Shown: positions 1 to 7,798 of the stretch, in pieces | How positions within the stretch are numbered: position 1 is the first letter of the stretch | Layout: each line of letters starts with the position of its first letter | The notes under the pieces: generated by a model | Seen by the model: the letters and a program-made list of their open reading frames with translations, nothing else | Told to the model about the DNA's origin: nothing | Database searches by the model: none | From: Candidatus Methylomirabilis oxygeniifera | Lineage (GTDB): Bacteria; Methylomirabilota; Methylomirabilia; Methylomirabilales; Methylomirabilaceae | Length of the DNA: 32,000 bases | Assembly: GCA_000091165.1 (NCBI GenBank) | Contig: FP565575.1 | Coordinates: 2,580,001 to 2,612,000 of the forward strand | Reading direction: 5' to 3' | Position numbers and translations under genes: made by a program

Positions 1-1211
1 GCCGACTGAACCCCGGGGAGTTCTACGCCCTGCCGCAGTCGCCCCAGCTCTTCAAGCAGCTTCTCATGGTCGCGGGGATCGATCGGTACTATCAGATCGT
101 CAAATGCTTTCGGGATGAGGATCTGCGAGCCGACCGGCAACCGGAGTTTACGCAGATCGACCTTGAGATGTCGTTTGTCGATCGGGACGATGTGCTCGAG
201 GTAACGGAAGGGCTGGTAGTGGCGCTCTTTGAAGCGGCCGGCAAATCTTCTCTGCCCCGGCCCTTCCCGCGACTGACGTATGCCGAGGCGATCGACCGGT
301 TCGGTCTCGATACGCCGGACACTCGATTCGGGATGGAGCTTGCCGATCTGACCGAGCTATTGTGCGGGGTCGAGGCTAAGGCGTTCGCCGAGCCGATTGC
401 GCAAGGCGGTGTGGTGAGGGGGATGAACGTTAAAGGGTGCGGCGCATTCTCCAGGACGCAGATCGATGGACTGGTCGACTACGCCAAGGGAGTTGGAGCG
501 AAAGGCCTGGCCTGGTTCAAGGTGTCCGCGGATGGGCTTCAATCGCCGTTGGCCAAATTCCTCGGGCCGATCATCCTCGAACGCCTGGCTGAGCGACTGA
601 AAGGGGAGGAGGGGGATCTGCTGTTGCTGGTCGCTGATCAGGCCAAGACGGCGGCTGAGACACTGGGTCGTCTTCGAGTGAAATTGGGCCACGAACTGAA
701 GCTGATCGACGAGAGCGCGCTGGCGGTCACGTGGGTCATCGACTTCCCGCTCCTTGAATATGATCGCGAGCAAGGGCGGTGGCAGGCGATGCATCACCCC
801 TTTACGGCGCCGATGGACGAGGATCTGCCGCTCTTTGACACCGATCCCGGACGAATCCGCGCCAAGGCCTATGACCTGGTTGTCAACGGGCAGGAGCTGG
901 GTGGTGGCAGCATCAGGATCCACCGCCGGGACGTGCAGAGCCGGATGTTCGCCGCGCTGGGAATCGGCGCGGAAGAGGCAAGGGCGAAGTTCGGGTTTCT
1001 CATGGACGCACTCGAGTACGGCGCTCCACCCCATGGCGGGCTGGCCTTCGGGTTCGATCGAGTCATCGCGCTGCTCGCGGGGGCTGCCTCGATCCGGGAT
1101 GTTATCGCCTTCCCCAAGACCCAAAAAGCGGTGGACCTGATGACGCAAGCCCCCTCGCCGGTCGACGCAAGGCAGTTGAGGGAGCTGAGCATCAAATTGG
1201 ATCTGGACTGA
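1..1211 (+). CDS. aspS: Aspartyl-tRNA synthetase, C-terminal ~400 aa (5' end lies outside the window)
   Basis: Frame 3 is open from nt 3. Translation begins [53 protein letters not shown] (class IIb motif 2 region) and later contains GGGSIRIHR and [15 protein letters not shown] (motif 3). Stop TGA at 1209-1211. Confidence 0.95.
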   Translation, partial: RLNPGEFYALPQSPQLFKQLLMVAGIDRYYQIVKCFRDEDLRADRQPEFTQIDLEMSFVDRDDVLEVTEGLVVALFEAAGKSSLPRPFPRLTYAEAIDRFGLDTPDTRFGMELADLTELLCGVEAKAFAEPIAQGGVVRGMNVKGCGAFSRTQIDGLVDYAKGVGAKGLAWFKVSADGLQSPLAKFLGPIILERLAERLKGEEGDLLLLVADQAKTAAETLGRLRVKLGHELKLIDESALAVTWVIDFPLLEYDREQGRWQAMHHPFTAPMDEDLPLFDTDPGRIRAKAYDLVVNGQELGGGSIRIHRRDVQSRMFAALGIGAEEARAKFGFLMDALEYGAPPHGGLAFGFDRVIALLAGAASIRDVIAFPKTQKAVDLMTQAPSPVDARQLRELSIKLDLD

Positions 1212-1230
1212 AAAGCAGCGTTGAACTGTT

Positions 1231-1258
1231 AGCCTTCAGCTTTCAGCAATAAGCCGAT
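1231..1258. repeat. 7-nt-period array, TCAGC flavour
   Basis: AGCCTTC AGCTTTC AGCAATA AGCCGAT read directly; starts 20 nt after the aspS stop. Confidence 0.85.
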
Positions 1259-1290
1259 CGCTGGCTGCCGGCGGCTCACTGCTGTCGCTG

Positions 1291-1319
1291 TTGACAGGGC
1301 TACGTGACCGGCATATGCT
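1291..1319 (+). promoter_or_regulatory. Candidate sigma70 promoter for the phoH operon
   Basis: TTGACA (1291-1296), 17-nt spacer, TATGCT (1314-1319). About 110 nt upstream of the phoH ATG. Motif match only. Confidence 0.45.
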
Positions 1320-1344
1320 GAATGTAGATCAAGGAGCGGCTTAT

Positions 1345-1365
1345 AGCTGTCAGCCTTCAGCGGCA
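1345..1365. repeat. 7-nt-period array, TCAGC flavour
   Basis: AGCTGTC AGCCTTC AGCGGCA. Confidence 0.8.
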
Positions 1366-1380
1366 AGAGGGTTGTATGTT

Positions 1381-1422
1381 GCTGATCGCTGAGAGCTGAA
1401 CGCTGAATGATGAGTAGCGAAG
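1381..1422. repeat. 7-nt-period array, GCTGA flavour (reverse complement of the TCAGC arrays)
   Basis: GCTGATC GCTGAGA GCTGAAC GCTGAAT GATGAGT AGCGAAG. Can pair imperfectly with 1345-1365 and 1231-1258. Ends 8 nt before the phoH ATG. Confidence 0.85.
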
Positions 1423-1429
1423 TGGGGAG

Positions 1430-2422
1430 ATGATAAGGGAGCAGATTCGACCGGAAAAGAAGGTCTCCCTGCCTATCGGGGAAGAGATCCAACAACTGTT
1501 TGGGCGTAAGGATGAGGTCAGGAAGCTCATCGAAGAGGCGTTACAGGTCAAGTTGGTTGCGCGAGACGGCCTCGTCAGCATCCAGGGCGAGGCGGCAGAT
1601 GTGACGGTGGGGGAGCAGGTTGTATCGGAGCTGATCTCACAACTGACGCGCGGCGAGCGCGTGACACCGCAGGACGTCAAACTGGTCCTTCGGCTCTTTA
1701 TGAGGAAAGACGAGGAGGAGTTCAAGCGAATCCAGGGTGAGGTGATCGAGGTTTCGTCAAAAAAGCGGCCGGTCCGGCCAAAAGGTCCCGGCCAGCGATG
1801 GTACATCGAGGCAATCCGCCATCACGACATTGTCTTCGCCATCGGGCCGGCCGGGACCGGCAAGACCTATCTGGCGATGGCGATGGCTGTGTCGGCGCTC
1901 TTAAAACACGAGGTCAATCGGATTATCCTGACCAGGCCCGCCGTAGAAGCGGGGGAAAAATTAGGTTTTCTTCCCGGCACGCTCTACGAAAAGATTAACC
2001 CCTACCTTCGACCCCTGTACGATGCGCTCTACGATATGATCGAGATGGAGCGTGTTACCCGTCTGATTGAGATGGGCACCATCGAGATCGCCCCGCTGGC
2101 CTTCATGCGAGGCCGGACTCTGAACGATTCATTCATCGTGCTGGACGAGGCCCAGAATACGACCTCAGAGCAGATGAAGATGTTTCTGACGCGCCTGGGT
2201 TTCGGCTCAAAGACCGTCATTACGGGGGATATTACCCAGATCGACCTGCCCGCCGGCCGACTGTCCGGCCTGATCGAGGTGCAGCGTATTCTGAAGGGGA
2301 TCGAGGGGATTAAATTCGCCTATCTCGGCGAGGAGGACGTGGTGCGACACGAGTTGGTACAGCAAATTGTCAGAGCGTACGAGGCGTACCAGACCTCCAC
2401 GTTACCAACTGAGGGGCGATAG
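1430..2422 (+). CDS. phoH: PhoH-like ATPase (PhoH/YbeZ family)
   Basis: 330 aa. Walker A GPAGTGKTYLAMAMAV, Walker B-like IVLDEAQN, ITGDITQIDLP. Sits in the conserved position upstream of the 7TM-HD gene and ybeY. Confidence 0.9.
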   Translation: MIREQIRPEKKVSLPIGEEIQQLFGRKDEVRKLIEEALQVKLVARDGLVSIQGEAADVTVGEQVVSELISQLTRGERVTPQDVKLVLRLFMRKDEEEFKRIQGEVIEVSSKKRPVRPKGPGQRWYIEAIRHHDIVFAIGPAGTGKTYLAMAMAVSALLKHEVNRIILTRPAVEAGEKLGFLPGTLYEKINPYLRPLYDALYDMIEMERVTRLIEMGTIEIAPLAFMRGRTLNDSFIVLDEAQNTTSEQMKMFLTRLGFGSKTVITGDITQIDLPAGRLSGLIEVQRILKGIEGIKFAYLGEEDVVRHELVQQIVRAYEAYQTSTLPTEGR

Positions 2423-2433
2423 GAGGGCGCCCG

Positions 2434-4080
2434 ATGGCGCCCCACAGGAACGGCAGCACCACCGTGGCCGATGAGCGGTCGCCGGCTGCGCGTCGTCTGT
2501 TGGGCGCTCCGCGCGTGATCTCTTCGTGGTTTCATTGGGCCACGGGGCGCCTCGAACGCCATCCTGGTGCGTTCTATACGCTCTGCAGCCTGACGATTCT
2601 CGCGATCATTCTCGTCATCGCATCGTCCGCGGCGCTTCCGTCCGGCATCCTTCCGCTCCTTGGGATCTGCCTGCTGGTCGGCTTCCTGCTGGGGAGCCTC
2701 TACCTGTACATTTGGACGCTCCAGCCCAAACCGCTGCGACAGCCGAAGAACCTATTTTTGCTGACTTCGGTGATCTTGTTGACGGTTGCCGTCACCCGTT
2801 CCTTTTTCTTCTTTCTTCCCTCGGTTCATCAGGCGCTCCCCAATGTGCCTGCAAGCGCCATCGAATACTCGATCCCTGTCGCCATTGGGGGCCTGCTCCT
2901 TGCGATCCTGTTCAGCAGCCGCCTGGCGTTTGCGGGCGCTCTTGCCATCAGCATTCTGACCTCTCTCCTGGCGGCGGACGGGTTCCGCTTCTTCCTGTAC
3001 AGCCTTGTGAGCAGCCTTGCGGCGATCTTCGCCCTTGTTGGGCGCAAAGATCGGGCGATCCTGCTCAAGGCTGGGATGGCTGTCGGGTTAGCCAACCTCT
3101 ACTCCGTCCTTGCATGGTCATTGCTCTCGGGATCCATGGAGCAGCTTGGCTTTCATCTGCTGTGCGGTCTGGTCGGTGGACTGTTTGTTGCGATTCTGTC
3201 ACTGGGCCTGCTTCCCCTCTTCGAATACCTGTTCGAGGTGGCGACCGATTTTCGATTGTTGGAACTGTGCAACCTGAACCATCCGCTTCTGAAAGAGATG
3301 ATACTCAAGGCCCCTGGAACCTACCACCACAGTGTTATGGTGGGCACCTTGGCCGAGGCGGCCGCTGAGGCGATCGGTGCGAATACCATGCTGTGCCGGG
3401 TAGGCGCCTACTACCACGACATCGGAAAGATCACCAAGCCGTCGTTCTTCGTTGAAAATCAGCAGAATGTGAAGAGTCGCCATGAAAAGCTTGGTCCGAA
3501 CCTGAGCAGTTTAGTCATCGTGTCCCACGTCAAGACGGGCATTGAGCTGGGCAGGACCTACGGTCTGCCGCCGGCGGTGCTGGAGATGATTCCCCAGCAC
3601 CACGGTACCAGACTGACCCTTTTCTTTTACCAGAAAGCCAAGGACACAGAAGAAAGCGACCAGGGCGAGGTCCACGAAGAGAGGTTCCGATATCCCGGGC
3701 CAAAACCTCAAACCAAAGAAGCGGCTATTCTGATGCTGGCAGATGCCGTCGAGGCAGCGTCGCGGACGCTGACCGAGCCTACACCCGGACGGTTCCAGAC
3801 GCTGGTCGCGAAGATTGTCAATGCCGTGTTTGTAGATGGGCAGCTTCGCGAGTGCGAGTTGACCTTCAGCGAGCTTCGCCTCATCGAGGAGAGCTTTGTT
3901 CGGATTCTGTGCGGTATCTATCACCGACGGGTAGAATATCCCGGGTTTGCCTTTGAGGAGTCTGTTGGTAGAAGGGGCGCGAATGGGGATGCAGGTCACA
4001 AACCGACAAAGGAAGATCAGGCTCGACACGAGCTTTCTAAAAAAGGTCGGGCAGACCACCCTCGCCAGAGCAGGGGTTGA
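2434..4080 (+). CDS. pgpH: Membrane 7TM-HD (HDIG) phosphohydrolase, PgpH/YqfF family
   Basis: 548 aa. Multiple hydrophobic helices (aa ~45-260) followed by an HD domain (HHSVMVGTLAEAAAEAIG...AYYHDIGKITKP...IPQHHGT). AGGAGGG RBS 6 nt upstream of the ATG. Synteny phoH-X-ybeY. It lacks the long N-terminal extracellular domain of longer family members. The symbol rests on family plus synteny only. Confidence 0.75.
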   Translation: MAPHRNGSTTVADERSPAARRLLGAPRVISSWFHWATGRLERHPGAFYTLCSLTILAIILVIASSAALPSGILPLLGICLLVGFLLGSLYLYIWTLQPKPLRQPKNLFLLTSVILLTVAVTRSFFFFLPSVHQALPNVPASAIEYSIPVAIGGLLLAILFSSRLAFAGALAISILTSLLAADGFRFFLYSLVSSLAAIFALVGRKDRAILLKAGMAVGLANLYSVLAWSLLSGSMEQLGFHLLCGLVGGLFVAILSLGLLPLFEYLFEVATDFRLLELCNLNHPLLKEMILKAPGTYHHSVMVGTLAEAAAEAIGANTMLCRVGAYYHDIGKITKPSFFVENQQNVKSRHEKLGPNLSSLVIVSHVKTGIELGRTYGLPPAVLEMIPQHHGTRLTLFFYQKAKDTEESDQGEVHEERFRYPGPKPQTKEAAILMLADAVEAASRTLTEPTPGRFQTLVAKIVNAVFVDGQLRECELTFSELRLIEESFVRILCGIYHRRVEYPGFAFEESVGRRGANGDAGHKPTKEDQARHELSKKGRADHPRQSRG

Positions 4081-4429
4081 TCAGGCCGAGTGCGGGCTGG
4101 TGTTGGTGGGCGACCGGACCATAGCCCGCCTAAACCGGCAGTATCGGGGGAAGGCGACAAGTACGGATGTCCTTTCGTTTCCGATGCGGGAGGGATCGTT
4201 TGCATCGCTCTCGCCGCATCTGCTCGGGGACGTGGTGATCTCGGCTGAAACAGCCGATCGACAGGCCAAAGCGGCGGGTCGCACGCTTCGTGACGAGTTG
4301 ACTGCGCTGCTGATCCATGGCATTCTTCATCTCCTTGGCTACGACCATCAGATGCCGTCAGAGGCGCGGAGGATGAAACGCCTGGAGCGACAGTTCGGCC
4401 TCCTGTTCATTGAGGCCGAAGGCAGGTAA
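3983..4429 (+). CDS. ybeY: Endoribonuclease YbeY (rRNA maturation factor)
   Basis: Motifs TDVLSFPM and LLIHGILHLLGYDH (H3xH5xH zinc site). I prefer the ATG at 3983 (GAAGGGG RBS about 7 nt upstream) over the ORF-track start at 3947. The gene overlaps the pgpH-like tail out of frame. Confidence 0.85.
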   Translation: MGMQVTNRQRKIRLDTSFLKKVGQTTLARAGVDQAECGLVLVGDRTIARLNRQYRGKATSTDVLSFPMREGSFASLSPHLLGDVVISAETADRQAKAAGRTLRDELTALLIHGILHLLGYDHQMPSEARRMKRLERQFGLLFIEAEGR

Positions 4430-4431
4430 GC

Positions 4432-4938
4432 GTGGAAGGCTCGTCACATCCGTTTCGCTGTGCGTTGAAAGGGGTCGAAGACGCGATCTCCACACAACGC
4501 CACCTGCGCGCTCACATCGTCGTGGCCGGGTTCGTCGCGCTGTTCGGGCTGTTGCTGGAGTTGCCGCATGTCGATCTGGTGCTGCTGCTCATGGCCATTG
4601 CGCTTGTTATCATCACAGAACTGCTGAATACTGCAGTGGAGTTGACCGTGGATCTTGTATCGCCGACCTTTCACCCGATCGCCGGACGGGCAAAGGACAT
4701 TGCCGCCGGCGCGGTGCTGATCGCCGCGTTGGTTGCGGCTACCGTCGGTATTATCGTACTTGCGCCCCCTTTGTTCGGCGCGCTCACCACACGTCCGCTT
4801 TCAGCGAAGTCAGCTCTGCTGGTGGCGACCACCCTCGGGCTGGTCGGAAGCATTATTGCTGCACTCTTGCCACGTTCTTCCAGCTCGAAGCGCGACCAGC
4901 TTTTAACTGTCAGCAAGAAGTTGAATACTGACCACTGA
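4432..4938 (+). CDS. dgkA: Diacylglycerol/undecaprenol kinase family protein (DgkA) with extra C-terminal hydrophobic segment
   Basis: GTG start 2 nt after the ybeY stop. Motif ITELLNTAVELTVDLVSP..HPIAGRAKDIAAGAVLIAA matches the DgkA core. About 50 additional C-terminal residues. Confidence 0.8.
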   Translation: MEGSSHPFRCALKGVEDAISTQRHLRAHIVVAGFVALFGLLLELPHVDLVLLLMAIALVIITELLNTAVELTVDLVSPTFHPIAGRAKDIAAGAVLIAALVAATVGIIVLAPPLFGALTTRPLSAKSALLVATTLGLVGSIIAALLPRSSSSKRDQLLTVSKKLNTDH

Positions 4939-4955
4939 GATCTGACCGCTACAGG

Positions 4956-5858
4956 ATGGACATGACCAACGATAAATCAGGTTTTGTAGCGATTATTGGC
5001 CGCCCCAACGTCGGCAAATCGACCCTCATGAACCGTCTGCTGGGACAGAAGGTGTCGATCGTCTCTCCCAGGCCGCAGACGACCAGAACCAAAATTATGG
5101 GGATCAGGAGCCTGCCCGGAGCGCAATTGATCTTCCTGGATACGCCTGGGATCGATAAGTCGGGCGGCTATTTTCACCGGTTGATGGTGAAAACAGCCAC
5201 AAACAGTCTGGAAGGGGCAGACCTGATCCTCTGGATAGTGGAAGCTCCCGATCCGCTCTCTCAGGGTGACAAACTGATCCTGGAGATTCTGAAGCGGGTC
5301 ACGTCTCCGATCCTGCTCGCCGTCAATAAGGTCGATCTCGTTCAGAAAGAAAGCCTGTTGCCCACAATCGATCGCTTCCGGTCGCTGCTGCCGTTTGCCG
5401 AGATCGTACCGATCTCCGCTACGAAAGGCGACAACGTTGCGCTTCTCGAGTCGCTGCTGGTCCAATATCTCCCGGAGGGACCACCGCTGTACCCCCCTGA
5501 TCAGTTGACCGACCAGCCAGATCGTTTCATCATCGCCGAGCTGATCCGAGAGCGGGTCTTCCGCTCGGTCTATCAGGAGGTGCCGTATGCGGTGGCCGTG
5601 TTGGTAGAAAAGGTCAGAACACGGGAAGGGCGAGCGCTGACCGACGTCGAGGCAACCATTTATGTCGAGAAGGACTCACAGAAGGCGATCATCATCGGAC
5701 GCGGGGGCGCCATGCTCAAGCGAATCGGGGAGCTGGTCAGGCCGGAGATCGAGAGGCTGCTCGGCACCCAGGTGTTTCTGAAGCTGTGGGTCAAGGTTCG
5801 CAGCGACTGGCAGAAGGATGATGAGGCGCTAAGGCGGCTCGGCTATCTGCAACAGTAG
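4956..5858 (+). CDS. era: GTPase Era
   Basis: 300 aa. G1 GRPNVGKST, G3 DTPG, G4 NKVD, C-terminal KH domain (VEKDSQKAIIIGRGGAMLKRIG). Confidence 0.95.
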   Translation: MDMTNDKSGFVAIIGRPNVGKSTLMNRLLGQKVSIVSPRPQTTRTKIMGIRSLPGAQLIFLDTPGIDKSGGYFHRLMVKTATNSLEGADLILWIVEAPDPLSQGDKLILEILKRVTSPILLAVNKVDLVQKESLLPTIDRFRSLLPFAEIVPISATKGDNVALLESLLVQYLPEGPPLYPPDQLTDQPDRFIIAELIRERVFRSVYQEVPYAVAVLVEKVRTREGRALTDVEATIYVEKDSQKAIIIGRGGAMLKRIGELVRPEIERLLGTQVFLKLWVKVRSDWQKDDEALRRLGYLQQ

Positions 5859-5863
5859 AAAAG

Positions 5864-5905
5864 TTTTGGATTTCGAGTCCCGAACCCCTAACCCCTGGTC
5901 CGAAA
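5864..5905. repeat. 7-nt-period array filling the era-recO spacer
   Basis: TTTTGGA TTTCGAG TCCCGAA CCCCTAA CCCCTGG TCCGAAA. Ends 1 nt before the recO ATG. Confidence 0.8.
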
Positions 5906-5906
5906 A

Positions 5907-6656
5907 ATGCCCCTACAGACAACCGAAGCGATTGTGATCGGCGGACACAATCTTGGCGAGGCCGACCGGATTATTCCGTTCTTCACGAGGAAGTTGGGGA
6001 AGGTCAGGGCAGTGGCTCGTGGGGCCAGGCGGGTTCGCAGCCGATATGGCGGGACCCTCGAGTTGTTCACGCTCGGTCAGCTTGTCTTTTTCGAGTCGCC
6101 CAACCGGACTCTCCACAAGATCAACGAGTTCTCGGTCATGGAGCCGTTTGCTGGGCTCAAAGCCGATCTGGGGAGGCTGGGCCGGGGGGCCTACCTCGTA
6201 GAGCTGGCGGGCGCATCTGTCGAGGATGAGGAGCCGAACGAGGAGATCTTTCTCTTGCTGCGGGATGCCCTGACGCTGCTCGTCTTATATGATGACCCGC
6301 GCCTCGTCAGGTCGTTTGAGATCCGCCTCCTCAGGATTGTCGGATACCTTTTGGAACTCTATCGCTGCCTGGTGTGCCGGTCCGTGCTGGAGCAAGGCGC
6401 TGCATCCGCCATCAGCCCGACTCGCGGTGGACTGGTCTGCCTCAAGTGTCTTCCGCGGGCGCCGGACCATATGTCCATCTCTCCGGAATCATTGGACTTT
6501 CTGCGATCAGCTTTGCATGGCGGGCTGGAACAGTCACTGGCCTCGCCTCTTTCTCATCCGCACACGACCAACCTTCAAGAGGTCTTGAAAGTCTGTATCA
6601 CCCACTTCTTCGGCAAACGACTTCGGTCTGTGGCATTCATGAGTCTCGTTGAATAG
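5907..6656 (+). CDS. recO: DNA repair protein RecO
   Basis: 249 aa. N-terminal OB-fold signature (EAIVIGGHNLGEADRII.FFT...G...AVARGAR) and a Cys4 zinc finger (CLVCRS...CLKC). era-recO synteny. Confidence 0.9.
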   Translation: MPLQTTEAIVIGGHNLGEADRIIPFFTRKLGKVRAVARGARRVRSRYGGTLELFTLGQLVFFESPNRTLHKINEFSVMEPFAGLKADLGRLGRGAYLVELAGASVEDEEPNEEIFLLLRDALTLLVLYDDPRLVRSFEIRLLRIVGYLLELYRCLVCRSVLEQGAASAISPTRGGLVCLKCLPRAPDHMSISPESLDFLRSALHGGLEQSLASPLSHPHTTNLQEVLKVCITHFFGKRLRSVAFMSLVE

Positions 6657-6678
6657 GGTGTTGACGGAGGCTGCGTTC

Positions 6679-7677
6679 ATGCGGGCGCTCTGTCTGAATA
6701 GTGTACGTCCGATCGAGGACCATCCGCTTACGATGGTCGAGCTGCCAGCCCCGATTCCGGGTCCTGGCGGACTTCGCCTACGGGTGCAGGCTTGCGGTCT
6801 GTGCCGAACCGACCTGCATATCATCGAAGGCGACCTTCCGCTTCCTATGCTTCCGATAGTGCCCGGCCACCAGATTGTCGGTGTTATCGATGAGGTCGGA
6901 CAAGGCGTCACCCGCTTTCACGTAGGCGATAGAGTGGGCGTTCCCTGGCTGTACTCCACGTGCAGCCAATGCACCTTCTGCCGACGTAATCAGGAAAATC
7001 TCTGCGACGCAGCCCGCTTTACCGGCTACCACGTGAACGGTGGGTATGCGGAGTGTGTGGTTGTCCAAGAGGCATTTGCATATCCGTTGCCGTCAGGCAT
7101 CTCGACCACCAATGCGGCCCCATTGCTGTGCGCAGGGGTCATCGGCTTCCGCGCCCTTCGACTGAGCGGAATCAAGCCTGGTGAGCGTCTGGGGTTATAT
7201 GGGTTCGGCGGCTCGGCGCATATCGCCATCCAGGTCGCGGTCTACTGGGGTTGCGAGGTTGCTGTCTTTACCCGGAGCGAGGCGCATCGCGCCTTGGCCT
7301 TGCAACTCGGCGCCCGCTGGGCAGGCCCGGTCGAAGACGATCCGCCGGGGCGACTCGACAGTGCGGTCATCTTCGCGCCCGTCGGATCGCTGGTGCTCGA
7401 GGCGCTTCGAGTTCTCAGAAAGGGCGGCACGGTGGCCATCGCCGGCATTACCATGAGTCCGATCCCGGAGCTTGACTACTCCTTACTCTACCAGGAGCGG
7501 ACCGTTCGGAGCGTAGCCAACAGCACGCGGCAGGATGTGCATGATCTCTTGCGCCTCGCAGTAGACATTCCGATTCGGACCACGATCCGCACCTTTCCCC
7601 TCGAAGAGGCCAATCACGCCCTCCAACTTCTCAAGCACAGCCGGTTCAGCGGCGCCGGCGTTCTGACTATCTCCTAG
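6679..7677 (+). CDS. Zinc-dependent alcohol dehydrogenase (MDR superfamily)
   Basis: GLCRTDLHIIEGD, VPGHQIVGVIDEVG, structural-zinc Cys cluster CSQCTFCRRNQENLC, GFGGSAHIAIQ Rossmann motif. The ATG at 6679 is more plausible than the TTG at 6649 in the ORF track. Confidence 0.85.
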   Translation: MRALCLNSVRPIEDHPLTMVELPAPIPGPGGLRLRVQACGLCRTDLHIIEGDLPLPMLPIVPGHQIVGVIDEVGQGVTRFHVGDRVGVPWLYSTCSQCTFCRRNQENLCDAARFTGYHVNGGYAECVVVQEAFAYPLPSGISTTNAAPLLCAGVIGFRALRLSGIKPGERLGLYGFGGSAHIAIQVAVYWGCEVAVFTRSEAHRALALQLGARWAGPVEDDPPGRLDSAVIFAPVGSLVLEALRVLRKGGTVAIAGITMSPIPELDYSLLYQERTVRSVANSTRQDVHDLLRLAVDIPIRTTIRTFPLEEANHALQLLKHSRFSGAGVLTIS

Positions 7678-7701
7678 TGTCTTAGAGTGCTTTATTTTTC
7701 G

Positions 7702-7730
7702 TTGACAGCGTTGTGGGGATGATGTAAACT
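7702..7730 (+). promoter_or_regulatory. Candidate sigma70 promoter of the radical SAM gene
   Basis: TTGACA (7702-7707), 17-nt spacer, TAAACT (7725-7730), preceded by an AT-rich tract CTTTATTTTTC (UP-like). About 70 nt upstream of the ATG at 7799. Confidence 0.55.
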
Positions 7731-7798
7731 TACCATCTACGTCGCCTCGTAGCGTGCTCTTCGCATTTCCGGGAGAGCCGTACCGGAGAAGTCGAGAA

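Noticed and set aside
357-1148. 263-aa ORF antisense to aspS, and similarly the 274-aa ORF at 26515-27339 antisense to pilB
   Set aside because: The sense frames encode unmistakable AspRS and PilB motifs. The antisense translations are Arg/Pro/Gly-rich with no motifs or RBS. These are typical GC-rich shadow ORFs.
1229-1806. Minus-strand ORFs (88 and 149 aa) crossing the aspS-phoH spacer
   Set aside because: They run through the heptamer arrays and into the antisense of phoH. They have no RBS and no motifs. Their openness is explained by the stop-free frames of the repeats.
2526-3368. 280-aa alternative-frame ORF inside the 7TM-HD gene, and the 173-aa ORF at 4410-4931 inside dgkA
   Set aside because: The Arg/Pro/Gly/Cys-rich composition is typical of off-frame translation. 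The annotated frames show TM helices and conserved HD / DgkA motifs.
7731-7798. Cobalamin riboswitch upstream of the B12-domain radical SAM gene
   Set aside because: The predicted leader is only about 60-70 nt, far shorter than a cobalamin riboswitch aptamer plus expression platform. No B12-box-like sequence was noticed.
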